Shown here piece after piece: positions 9,858-18,899 of a stretch of DNA of 64,000 nt; the first letter of the stretch is position 1; every line of letters starts with the position of its first letter. The notes beneath the pieces were generated by a model. That model searched no databases. It saw nothing but the letters and a program-made list of their open reading frames with translations, and was not told the DNA's origin. The stretch is taken from positions 4,037 to 68,036 of the forward strand of contig JBNJGH010000005.1 of assembly GCA_051747585.1 (NCBI GenBank), written 5' to 3'. The stretch is from Candidatus Rifleibacteriota bacterium (GTDB lineage Bacteria; Muiribacteriota; Ozemobacteria; Ozemobacterales; Ozemobacteraceae). The translations under genes and the position numbers were made by a program.

Positions 9858-12233
9858 TTATTCCCACTCGTAGGGTAATCCCTGCTTTATAGCCCAATAA
9901 GCAGATTCTTTCCATTCTTTTTCGAACTCTTCGGCAGATATGTTGCAAACCTGATTTAAAGCCTGATCAAGGGGAATATCGTTACTCATGAGCTCAATCA
10001 TTTGCATGATATCTTTACAGCCTTCAGCTAAATTACCTGATTTTTTAACAAGGACTGAAGTCATTAAATATGCCTGAGCAGTAGCTGTATGAAGGACCGA
10101 AGGCGAAGAATATCCTTCACTGAAAATGCTGTTAAGCATTTCAGGTGAAGTAAGCTTCGCAACTTCTTTATTTATACTCCTGTCAGCAATCAAAAGCCGA
10201 TACCGCTGCACTATTCGACTTCCACCCAGAATTTCAGCAAGCCCTATCTGCAGCCATGCAGTTTTATGGAAATCTGTTTTTGCATCTGGAATTATTATCT
10301 GGACAATAAGATGGGTAAGCTCTTTGGCAAGCGTATGCCCGGGAAGTTCTTCGATGAGCAGCCCCATTTCTTCTTCACCAAGGGCGTCAAAATTAGATCT
10401 GATAATATTTCGAATCATATCGGCGTCATAATAAATGCTGGTTACTGTTATTCCCGTATTCTGTGGTTCGTAAAGAGCAATTGTAGCACCCATGCCGTCG
10501 GCAGAAACAAAATTAACAAAAATGGGAACATTAACACTGCCAATATAGCTGGAAATTCTTTCATACATTGCGTTGAGTTCTTCGGCTATAATAGATCGGG
10601 CATTCGGGCTTATACCTGAGCCCAGGGTAATTTGAAAAACCCCTTCGCCTTCTGTTGTCGAACTGGAATCAGAAGGTCTCGGTCGGTTATTACCGTCGTT
10701 CTGTTCGAGAGGATCGTCATAAGAAACCTGAGAGTCTGGAACAGGCTTTCTGGAGTAATTCTGAAGCCCGGCCTGGGCAAGACGATTATTGATCATTGCA
10801 GCCAGAGCCGGATCATCACCCACTGCCGGGAAACCGTAAATGAATTCGAGAATGCCCAGGCGATTGGGGTTCATATCAAAACCTTTGCGCAACCAGCTTA
10901 AAGCCTTTCTGTTATCTCCGGTTTTAAAGCAATATAGAGACTCAAGGTAACAATACATACTTCGCTTGAGCGTTCTATCGCTCCATTCATCTATTGCATC
11001 TCTGGCTTCTATTGTCTGATCGTTCATAAGCAAAAGAGTGATATAAAGCGGATAAGCATCGGGATCAGTAAATGGCCTCCCGGTACGGGCATCGTTCAAA
11101 ATAACGTTAACTTCATTGGAGCGACCGCCTTGCAAAGCAAACAAACCTGCCGTAAGACTTACCGAAGGCAAATTGTAGCCACGGCGAAAAGCCCTTGTCA
11201 ACTTTCGGCTGGCCCGATCACTATTATTGTTTTGCAAAAAATATTCAACCCAGAGCAGGTCAATTTCAGGATTGCCCGGTTCTTTAATCGAAGCTTTTTC
11301 AAGTGCTTTTCTTGCTTCGGGTAATTTATGCATATCAAGCATAATGCGCCCCTTAACTACCAATGCATCAGATAATCCGGGAAAAGTCTTTTCAAATTCT
11401 TTAACGTTTTTTAAGGCTTTAGCCCATTTATCAAGATCATACAGCGCCCTGAAATAACTTGGTGAAGAGGTTCCGGGATGAGTATCTTCTATAACTGCCT
11501 TAACAAACAAAAGAAGTGGATGATAAGGTGCTTTGGAGAGGTTGTTTTTTACAATCTGGATCGCATCTTTATTGCGACCAAGTTTCCAGGCACACAAAGC
11601 AGTCAGTGACGCTCCGTCCGGGCCCGGATATTTTTTTTCATATTCCTCGGCAAGAGCCAGAGCTTTATAAATCTGTCCTCGTTGCAGAGATTTCATTATC
11701 GCATTAAAATGTAATTTGGAATTGGACAGGCGCTCGAGCAGTTTGGGCAATTCTTCTGTGATTTTGGTAAAATGCTCTGCCAAACGCGTTGGATCTACCG
11801 GTATTGGTCTGATTTTTCCGGGCAACCGGGCAAGATATCTTTGTGCCAGACGATTGCGAATGCCCAGAGAAAGCGATTTTCTAAACCATATTGACGCAAG
11901 AAGAGGTCGCCCGTCATTTACTTCAACAATACCAAGAAGATTAAGCAAACTTTTACTGCGAAAACCATCAAAAAAGATACGAAGTGCATATAGTCGAGCA
12001 TCATCATACTTTTTCCCTTTTAAAGCGTTTTTGGCAAGCTCGAATAACTGCTTTGCAGGATATAATCCCGGATTATCAAAAGCCTCTTCGCTCGATATTC
12101 CAAGTTTTCTTTTATCAGTGCCGGCAGCATAGCTTGTTAAAGAGCTTATGCAAATAAGCAGACAGACTAGTATTTTCCATTTAGTAAAGCTTTTCATAAA
12201 TTTCATTATACCAACCGTACATTGATAAGCCAA
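9858..12233 (-). CDS. Secreted TPR-repeat protein with uncharacterised C-terminal domain
   Basis: 791 aa with an N-terminal hydrophobic signal, then multiple TPR-like repeats in the N-terminal ~480 aa, followed by a ~300-aa non-repetitive C-terminal domain. Confidence 0.7.
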   Translation of the reverse strand: MAYQCTVGIMKFMKSFTKWKILVCLLICISSLTSYAAGTDKRKLGISSEEAFDNPGLYPAKQLFELAKNALKGKKYDDARLYALRIFFDGFRSKSLLNLLGIVEVNDGRPLLASIWFRKSLSLGIRNRLAQRYLARLPGKIRPIPVDPTRLAEHFTKITEELPKLLERLSNSKLHFNAIMKSLQRGQIYKALALAEEYEKKYPGPDGASLTALCAWKLGRNKDAIQIVKNNLSKAPYHPLLLFVKAVIEDTHPGTSSPSYFRALYDLDKWAKALKNVKEFEKTFPGLSDALVVKGRIMLDMHKLPEARKALEKASIKEPGNPEIDLLWVEYFLQNNNSDRASRKLTRAFRRGYNLPSVSLTAGLFALQGGRSNEVNVILNDARTGRPFTDPDAYPLYITLLLMNDQTIEARDAIDEWSDRTLKRSMYCYLESLYCFKTGDNRKALSWLRKGFDMNPNRLGILEFIYGFPAVGDDPALAAMINNRLAQAGLQNYSRKPVPDSQVSYDDPLEQNDGNNRPRPSDSSSTTEGEGVFQITLGSGISPNARSIIAEELNAMYERISSYIGSVNVPIFVNFVSADGMGATIALYEPQNTGITVTSIYYDADMIRNIIRSNFDALGEEEMGLLIEELPGHTLAKELTHLIVQIIIPDAKTDFHKTAWLQIGLAEILGGSRIVQRYRLLIADRSINKEVAKLTSPEMLNSIFSEGYSSPSVLHTATAQAYLMTSVLVKKSGNLAEGCKDIMQMIELMSNDIPLDQALNQVCNISAEEFEKEWKESAYWAIKQGLPYEWE

Positions 12234-12293
12234 GATTTAAGATAAAGCCGTAATATGGTGACAAACGAACTACTATGTGTTATTTTGTGTGTC

Positions 12294-13127
12294 ATGTATC
12301 CTATTCTATTTGAAATTGGTTCCATTCGTATCGGCTCCTACGGCGTATTACTGGCCGTTGCATTTTTAAGTGCCTTTTTATTGATCAATCGTGAATTCAA
12401 AAAAAATAACACCAACGTAGAGCTGGCCTGGGATCTTCATTTTCTTGCTATCTTTGGCGGCATGGTGGGTTCGAGGCTATTATTCATATTTGAAAATTTT
12501 TCGGCCTTCCTGGCTGACCCCCTGGCAATGATATTTTCCACCACCGGTTTTTCAGTTCTGGGTGGCTACGTTCTGGCGTTGGCTCTTTGTATTATCCGAG
12601 TTAAAAAATCAGGACAACCTTTTTTCAGAATCGCCGATTTATATGTTCCGGGAATGGCCATAGGTTATGCAATTGGCCGTCTTGGCTGCATCGCCGCTGG
12701 AGACGGCTGTTACGGTCTGCCCTGTAAATTGCCCTGGGCCATGAGTTTTCCCAAGGGAATCGTTTCTACCCTGAGCACGAAAAACCCCATGTTGGTAGAA
12801 CTTTACCAGAAAATGTTCCCCGGTGAAACTGTACCGACAGACATTGCAGTTCACCCGACCCCGCTATACGAGTCTATTTCTACAACTATTCTTTTAATAA
12901 TACTTCTTCTACCAATCTGGAACCCGGGCAATGGGCGCAGATTCGCTTTTTTCCTTTTATGGTTCAGCATTTCACGATTTCTGGTCGAGTTTATCAGGCT
13001 CAATCCCTTTGCCTACTGGGGTCTGTCGTCAAGTCAGGTTCTGTCGATAGTATTTTTCATGGCCGGAATTTTCATTATGCTTACCGCCTCAAAGCGCGAA
13101 AAATTAAATCCAGCGCCAAAAAGCTGA
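12294..13127 (+). CDS. lgt: Prolipoprotein diacylglyceryl transferase
   Basis: The N-terminal consensus MYPILFEIGSIRIGSYGVLLAVAF matches Lgt (P.LF.IG…YG), and the Lgt signature GRLGCIAAGDGCYG is present. The ORF track places an upstream ATG at 12255; 12294 fits Lgt N-termini better. Confidence 0.8.
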   Translation: MYPILFEIGSIRIGSYGVLLAVAFLSAFLLINREFKKNNTNVELAWDLHFLAIFGGMVGSRLLFIFENFSAFLADPLAMIFSTTGFSVLGGYVLALALCIIRVKKSGQPFFRIADLYVPGMAIGYAIGRLGCIAAGDGCYGLPCKLPWAMSFPKGIVSTLSTKNPMLVELYQKMFPGETVPTDIAVHPTPLYESISTTILLIILLLPIWNPGNGRRFAFFLLWFSISRFLVEFIRLNPFAYWGLSSSQVLSIVFFMAGIFIMLTASKREKLNPAPKS

Positions 13128-13235
13128 CTACAAAACAGTAACTTTTCATTTAAATTTATTTTTGCTCAAAACAATTCTCAGGTTTCTTGCATTGTAGTTA
13201 CACTTATCAAATTCGTTTTCATCAATTGAATTCAA

Positions 13236-13545
13236 TTAAACCACTGAGACCACCGAGGACACCGAGACGATTTTTTAATCTTTTTCAGCCATGGTTCCCA
13301 GCAACAGCAAGCCCTCAGAAAAGCACCAGTGTTTTTCTGAGGGCTCTGTGGTTATTTTCTTTGTGGCTTGGTGTGGGGTATATTACTGTCGGGAATCGAT
13401 ATCGTGATCGAAGAAAAAACACGACGACGATTACGACTACGAGCCCGAGCACGATTTAGATTGCTTCGTCGTTTCACTCCTCGCAATGACAGTTTGCAGG
13501 CTTTGTGTGAGGAATATTCTTTTTCTGAAACAAATTGATAATCGT
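13236..13545 (+). repeat. Copy A of a conserved modular intergenic element (modules M1 13236-13292, M2 hairpin 13304-13343, 188-bp insertion 13341-13528, M3 13520-13545)
   Basis: Near-identical to 53194-53357. The shared blocks are 'ttaaaccactgagRccaccgaggRcRc…gattttttaatctttttcagcca', 'cagcaagccYtcagaaaaRcacSagtgYttttctga' (an 11-3-11 near-palindrome hairpin) and 'ttttctgaaacRaRttgataRtc'. Confidence 0.6.
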
Positions 13546-13575
13546 TGGCCGGGTATTGCTTCAATATAGGGTTGA

Positions 13576-13604
13576 TTGATTTTTTGCGGTTATAGCTTTA
13601 TAAT
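13576..13604 (+). promoter_or_regulatory. Sigma-70-like promoter for glyQS (TTGATT-17-TATAAT)
   Basis: The −35 TTGATT (13576-13581) and −10 TATAAT (13599-13604) are separated by a 17-nt spacer, about 40 nt upstream of the glyQS ATG. GGAG lies at 13636-13639. Confidence 0.5.
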
Positions 13605-13646
13605 TGCCAGCGAATAAAACAGGCAAATCAAAGATCGGAGAACATA

Positions 13647-15026
13647 ATGGTAGAACTGGAAAAAATCATCTCTTTATGCAAAAGACGCGGTTTTATTTTT
13701 CAAGGCAGCGAACAATACGGCGGATTACAAGGCACATGGGACTATGGCCCACTGGGGGTTGAGCTTAAAAACAACGTTAAACGAGCCTGGTGGAAAAAGG
13801 TAGTTTATGAAAGAGATGATATGGAAGGTCTTGACAGCTCTATTCTAATGAACCGGTTTGTTTTAAAATATTCTGGTCATGAAGACACTTTTTCTGACCC
13901 CATGGTTGACTGCAGAAAGTGCAAGAAACGCTTCAGAGCCGACCACATCGATAAAAATGAAAAATGCCCGGAAGGTGGAACGCACGATTTCACCGCCCCC
14001 CGACCTTTCAACCTTATGTTTAAGACCACAGTGGGCCCTGTAGCCGACGAAAACAACATTTCCTACCTGCGCCCCGAAACAGCCCAGGGCATCTTTATTA
14101 ACTTTAAAAATGTTCTGGATTCAACCAATAGAAAGCTTCCTTTTGGTATCGCTCAGATAGGCAAAGCATACCGAAACGAAATTACACCCCGTAATTTCAT
14201 TTTCAGAGTGCGCGAATTCGAACAGATGGAAATTGAATTTTTCGTAGAACCCGGTCAAGATACCGAATGGCATAAAAAATGGGTCGAAGAACGCTACAAC
14301 TGGTATGTAAATCTCGGCATCAACCCCGAAAACCTGCGCAAATATGAACAGGCTGAAGATGAATTGGCACACTATGCCAAAGCTACGGTAGATCTTTTAT
14401 ATCGCTTTTTTCCCGAAAGAAAAGACGAAGAAAAACAGTTTGATGAAGTAGAAGGAATCGCCAATCGAACTGATTTTGATTTAAGTTGCCATACCAAAGG
14501 CGGAGCACTTAAGCTTGATGATGGACGAGTAATAAAAAATGCCCACGCAATTAACAAGCTTACCTATTTTGATCATAAAACCAACAAACATTATCTTCCT
14601 TATGTTATTGAGCCATCAGCTGGTGTAGATAGAGCGGCACTGGCGTTTTTAATGGACTCTTACTGTGAAGAAACCGTTAATGACAAAACCCGAGTTGTCT
14701 TAAAACTTCATCCGGAACTGGCTCCTATAAAGGTTGCCATTCTACCGCTGAAAAAGAACAACCAGGATATTCGCCAAACCGCTATAAAAATCAAAAATGA
14801 ACTGATGAAAAAAAGTGGCTGGAGAACCGTATATGATGACACTGCCGGAATCGGAAAACTTTACCGCCGCCAGGATGAAATCGGCACTCCATATTGTGTT
14901 ACCGTTGATTTTGACACTCTCGAAGATCAGACTGTAACTGTCCGAGATCGAGATAACATGGCTCAGGAAAGAGTAAAAATCGAAGATTTGCAAAGCTTTC
15001 TTTCACAGAATCTTGGTAATGTCTGA
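13647..15026 (+). CDS. glyQS: Glycine—tRNA ligase, homodimeric class II type
   Basis: The N-terminus [49 protein letters not shown] and the later class II motifs match dimeric GlyRS. Length is 459 aa. Confidence 0.95.
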   Translation: MVELEKIISLCKRRGFIFQGSEQYGGLQGTWDYGPLGVELKNNVKRAWWKKVVYERDDMEGLDSSILMNRFVLKYSGHEDTFSDPMVDCRKCKKRFRADHIDKNEKCPEGGTHDFTAPRPFNLMFKTTVGPVADENNISYLRPETAQGIFINFKNVLDSTNRKLPFGIAQIGKAYRNEITPRNFIFRVREFEQMEIEFFVEPGQDTEWHKKWVEERYNWYVNLGINPENLRKYEQAEDELAHYAKATVDLLYRFFPERKDEEKQFDEVEGIANRTDFDLSCHTKGGALKLDDGRVIKNAHAINKLTYFDHKTNKHYLPYVIEPSAGVDRAALAFLMDSYCEETVNDKTRVVLKLHPELAPIKVAILPLKKNNQDIRQTAIKIKNELMKKSGWRTVYDDTAGIGKLYRRQDEIGTPYCVTVDFDTLEDQTVTVRDRDNMAQERVKIEDLQSFLSQNLGNV

Positions 15027-15029
15027 CCG

Positions 15030-15854
15030 GTGAGTGACAAGATTTTGACCAGAGAACTTTATAGAGGCGACATGCTCGATGTCGCCTCTTTGCTTAGACC
15101 CGAAAGTTTCAGGCTGATTTATCTGGATCCTCCTTTTTTGACCGGGCGTGCAAGGATAGGGAGCAATGAAGATTACTCTTATGACGATAAATGGAATAGT
15201 CTACTCGATGACTATCTGCCCTGGTTGCAAACACGCATAAAAGCCCTTAGACCTTTATTGCTAAGTAATGGCAGCTTAATTCTTCATCTGGATTTCAGAG
15301 CAGCCCATTATGCCAAAATTATGCTCGATGAAATCTTTGGACGGGAATGCTTTATAAATGAAATAATCTGGCATTACACCGGCGGAGGCAGGTCGAGAAA
15401 CCGGTTTTCCTGCAAACACGACACTCTACTATGGTATAGCAATGGTCAAAAGCCACTGTTTAATATCGATGCCGCCCGAATGCCATACAAAAAAACTTCG
15501 GGTTACGCAAAAAATGGAATAAAATCTGCAAGTGGTCGAATATACAAACCGCATCCGGATGGGACTCCAGTAGACGATGTCTGGGACATTCCGATTATCA
15601 ACCCAATGTCAAAAGAGCGGGTTGGTTATCCGACCCAAAAACCGGTAAAATTGCTTAATCGAATTATTGCAACTCTTTCAGCTGAGAATGAACTGATTGG
15701 CGATTTTTGCTGCGGCAGCGGAACAACTTTATTTTGTGCCGAAAAAACAAATCGGCGCTGGATTGGCGTTGATCAATCAAAAGCTGCTATTGAGTGCACT
15801 TTAAGTAGATTTACAGAAGTTATCAGAAAGAAAATCTCAATCCAGAATCTGTAG
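15030..15854 (+). CDS. DNA methyltransferase, N4/N6 beta-class (motif IV before motif I); no cognate restriction gene adjacent
   Basis: GTG start 4 nt after the glyQS stop. The motif LIYLDPPF (DPPF, motif IV) lies near the N-terminus and DFCCGSGTTLF (the FxGxG AdoMet motif I) near the C-terminus, which is the beta-class order, as in YhdJ or CcrM. Confidence 0.85.
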   Translation: MSDKILTRELYRGDMLDVASLLRPESFRLIYLDPPFLTGRARIGSNEDYSYDDKWNSLLDDYLPWLQTRIKALRPLLLSNGSLILHLDFRAAHYAKIMLDEIFGRECFINEIIWHYTGGGRSRNRFSCKHDTLLWYSNGQKPLFNIDAARMPYKKTSGYAKNGIKSASGRIYKPHPDGTPVDDVWDIPIINPMSKERVGYPTQKPVKLLNRIIATLSAENELIGDFCCGSGTTLFCAEKTNRRWIGVDQSKAAIECTLSRFTEVIRKKISIQNL

Positions 15855-15856
15855 CT

Positions 15857-17305
15857 CTATTTTTTTAACTGGGGTCTGCGTTTTCTGACTCTGACCCTTA
15901 CTGCCTGTTCAACTACTTTATCTTCAAGGCCGGTTATTCCTTTTGCTTCAAAAATCACATCAAGACCGGGCTCGAGAGCTGCAATAGTTTCTTCGGTAAG
16001 AGCAGAAAAAGGAAAAAATATTTCCCGACCATCATGGGATCGAATTATGCCCACTTTTCTCTCTTCATCGAAACTTTCTATTTTGCCGGGCAAAGCATCA
16101 GAAACGCTGTGTTCATGTAACTTTTTGACCTGAACGGCGACAGGGCTGTTTTTGTCTTTAACAATTCCAAACTCAACCGGGTCGCCCTTGGTTAAATTTT
16201 CTTCTATCTCAGGTGTTAAAGCAGAAAAATGAAGCAGAACTTCAGGAAAGTCATCGCAGGAAAGCACTCCCATACCGGTTTCACGATTATACCATTTCAC
16301 CCAGCCTTCAACAAACGCATCTGGAGTGGGGTCATAAATAATTTCTTCCACTGTTCTACCAATATCTTTTCTGATTGAATCGATCTGGCCTATCAACTGT
16401 TTAACTTCAGGCTGTTCCGGGTTAATGGCAAGACAATCTTTAAGAGTTTCTACAGCCATTGCCAGCAGCCGACGTTTGAAATAAACCAGCCCCAGAAACA
16501 AAAGTGCCGGCGCATCTTTGGGCTTTATTCTCAAAGATTCAAGCAGATTGGCCTCGGCTTCTTCAAGCATATCAAGCTCATAAAGTATACTACCGATATC
16601 ACGACGAAACGCGGCATTATAAGGGAACCTCTTTATTAACTGACTATAAACGTCCAGTGCTTCATCAAACCACTTCATTTTATTATAAATCTCAGCCAGC
16701 TGCTGCATAGCATCGAGATTTTTCGGGTCTGCTGCAAGAATGTTTTTAAATTCTTCGGCAGCCTCGAGAAAATGAGTGTCGGCATTGTCGTCATCATGCT
16801 TAAGCCGGTATATCTCGCCAATGTTTTTATGAAAATGCGCCTTTCGCTGACCTGTTTCCAATCCCTGTCTGTAGTTCTTCAGGGCATTTTCTATATCGCC
16901 ACAAAGGCGGTAAGCCAGGCCAATGGTTTCATAATAATCTGGCTCTCCCGAGTCTTTATTTATGCACCATTTCAACTTTTTTATTGCTTCTGTGTATTTT
17001 TCTTCCACCAGATCATCAACAGCTTCATCGAACTTTTCTTTAATTTCTTCAAGAAATTCCGCCAGCTGCTCATCGTATTCTTCCCGTCTTTCGTCATCAG
17101 TAAGCAATTCAAAAGCATTTTTTAATTGCTTTAATTTGGGAATATTTGACAAAGGAGAATCAGTTGAAAAAAGCTGGGTATAATTTTTTTTGTAAGCCGC
17201 TGCTATTTCTTCGAGGCTTGCAAAATTAGGCACCCCGAATAGTTGATAAAGATTGCGCATTTGTTCTGGATTAATCCCAATCAGCCTGAATTTGTACAGT
17301 GCCAT
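15857..17305 (-). CDS. Multidomain protein: degenerate J-like domain (no HPD) + TPR repeats + two C-terminal cold-shock domains
   Basis: The N-terminus LYQLFGVPNFASLEEIAAAYKKNYTQLFSTD aligns to the J-domain helix II/III, but the HPD motif is replaced by STD. TPR-like repeats occupy the middle. The C-terminus has GWVKWYNRETGMGVLSCDDFPEVLLHFSAL and GKIESFDEERKVGIIRSHDGREIFFPFSAL, which I read as two cold-shock-domain (OB-fold) modules. Confidence 0.75.
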   Translation of the reverse strand: MALYKFRLIGINPEQMRNLYQLFGVPNFASLEEIAAAYKKNYTQLFSTDSPLSNIPKLKQLKNAFELLTDDERREEYDEQLAEFLEEIKEKFDEAVDDLVEEKYTEAIKKLKWCINKDSGEPDYYETIGLAYRLCGDIENALKNYRQGLETGQRKAHFHKNIGEIYRLKHDDDNADTHFLEAAEEFKNILAADPKNLDAMQQLAEIYNKMKWFDEALDVYSQLIKRFPYNAAFRRDIGSILYELDMLEEAEANLLESLRIKPKDAPALLFLGLVYFKRRLLAMAVETLKDCLAINPEQPEVKQLIGQIDSIRKDIGRTVEEIIYDPTPDAFVEGWVKWYNRETGMGVLSCDDFPEVLLHFSALTPEIEENLTKGDPVEFGIVKDKNSPVAVQVKKLHEHSVSDALPGKIESFDEERKVGIIRSHDGREIFFPFSALTEETIAALEPGLDVIFEAKGITGLEDKVVEQAVRVRVRKRRPQLKK

Positions 17306-17761
17306 TGTACTTTATTATCAGCTTTTACGCAACACCCGGCATAATAATCCCAACGATTATCCATTTAGTATTATTACGAGTTTTGGCTAGTTATTCTCCA
17401 TTAATCTGTTAAAAAATCTTTAAACTGTTTGCGCCGTTCGAAGTGTTTAATTGTGTAAGTGTCGGAGTATGCCATTTATATCAAAAACATAAACCGCAAA
17501 AACCGATTGTTTTTGCAGGATGCAATAAACACGACTATGTTCCACAGGAAGTGGAATCATAGGCGCGCATCGGTGTTGCGAGTGTTGTTTTTGCTAAATA
17601 AATGAGCATACGTAGATGTGAAACAATTAAACACTTTGATAAGGCAAAAAAAAGCGGAATTGTTCTTTAAGCCTGAATTAGAGCTAAATGGATAATCACT
17701 GGGCTCTGCAAACAATTTGTTGAAATAGGAACCTGTTATAGAGTAAATTGAGCTGCTGCAT

Positions 17762-18865
17762 ATGAAAATCGCGATAAAAACCATTGACAGATATATTTTA
17801 AAAGAGATGCTCGAACCATTTTTATTCGGCATGTCTTTCTTTGTTGCAATCTGGCTTATTGACCTGATGATGCAGCTGATCAATCTTATTTTTTCCAAAG
17901 GGGTACCTCTGTCGGTCGTTTCAATGTTTTTTATTTACAGCCTCCCCCCAACGCTGGTCATAAGCTTTCCAATGGCTTTATTGTTGTCAAATCTGGTAGC
18001 ATTTGGCAGGCTTTCTTCAGATTCGGAAATCACCGCAATGAAAGCCGGGGGGTATAGCTTTACCAGAATTGTAGCACCAGCTATTCTGGCCGGAATTTTT
18101 ATTACTTCGCTGACATTTTTGTTTAACGAAAAACTGGTGCCGATAGCTAACCAGAAATTCACCAATTTATTCAGACGGGAGGTAACCTTGAAAAGGCCTC
18201 TGCCGAAGGTTGCCGAGAACAGATTTTTTAATGCAGGTCCGGGGCGCAACTTTTTTGTAAGAAGATTTGACGAAAAAACCAGAGACATGTACGGAGTTGT
18301 AATGTACGAGGGGCAATCAAAAGGCTTTCCACGAGTTATAGAAGCAGAAAAGGCCCGGATAGAAGGCGGAATTTGTTATTTCTGGAAAGGACGAATATCT
18401 GACATTCATCGAAGTGGTGCAGATAATAACTACACATATTTTAACGAGATGGAATACCCTATTGACACCCATTACGTAAATCCCGACCACGTACCTGAAC
18501 AAAAAAACGCGAGAACCATGGGTGTTTGGAAGCTTTACAATTTTATTCAGGAATCAGAAAAAAAAGGCATATCTGAAAAGATTATTGTAGAGCACTGGAT
18601 AGAGCTCTGGTCGAAAACCGCGATACCTTTCGCAAGTCTTATTTTTGTTTTAATCGGCGCTCCATTAGGCTCGCAAACCACCAGATCCGGAACTGGAATC
18701 GGCATAGGAATGTCGGTGGTAATAATATTCTTCTATTATGTCCTTTTCGCTGCCGGCAAAGCTTTTGCCAAAGGCGCTGTTTTACCACCCTTCTGGGGGG
18801 TCTGGTTCCCCAACTTCTTTATCGGCATAATAGGACTCTGGCTGATATTCAAATCTAAAGCCTGA
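17762..18865 (+). CDS. LPS export ABC permease, LptF/LptG (YjgP/YjgQ) family
   Basis: 367 aa. The N-terminus MKIAIKTIDRYILKEMLEPFLFGMSFFVAIWLIDL (the RYI/LKE motif), six predicted TM segments and a periplasmic loop domain support the call. Confidence 0.85.
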   Translation: MKIAIKTIDRYILKEMLEPFLFGMSFFVAIWLIDLMMQLINLIFSKGVPLSVVSMFFIYSLPPTLVISFPMALLLSNLVAFGRLSSDSEITAMKAGGYSFTRIVAPAILAGIFITSLTFLFNEKLVPIANQKFTNLFRREVTLKRPLPKVAENRFFNAGPGRNFFVRRFDEKTRDMYGVVMYEGQSKGFPRVIEAEKARIEGGICYFWKGRISDIHRSGADNNYTYFNEMEYPIDTHYVNPDHVPEQKNARTMGVWKLYNFIQESEKKGISEKIIVEHWIELWSKTAIPFASLIFVLIGAPLGSQTTRSGTGIGIGMSVVIIFFYYVLFAAGKAFAKGAVLPPFWGVWFPNFFIGIIGLWLIFKSKA

Positions 18866-18899
18866 TAATACTCACTCTTTAATACAAGGAGACACAAAA

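Noticed and set aside
9858-12233. HExxH-type zinc metallopeptidase domain in the C-terminal part of the TPR protein
   Set aside because: The sequence AKELTHL lacks the first His of HExxH, so a peptidase assignment is unsupported.
13545-13560. Sigma-54 promoter-like TTGGCC-GGGTA-TTGCT
   Set aside because: The GG and GC dinucleotides are separated by 9 nt rather than the obligatory 10, so it is not a functional −24/−12 promoter.
13236-13646. T-box riboswitch leader for glyQS
   Set aside because: GlyRS genes often have T-box leaders, but I found no T-box consensus (AGGGUGGNACCGCG) or specifier/antiterminator arrangement. The same element also precedes phoH2, which would not be T-box regulated. 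The sigma-70-like promoter lies downstream of the element.
17306-17761. 455-bp intergenic region between the J/TPR/CSD gene and lptF/G as an ncRNA locus
   Set aside because: It contains only short hairpins (e.g. gttccacaggaagtggaac) and a 9-bp direct repeat (tgtttttgc). Nothing is conserved with other regions or resembles a known RNA family. It is more likely divergent promoter space.
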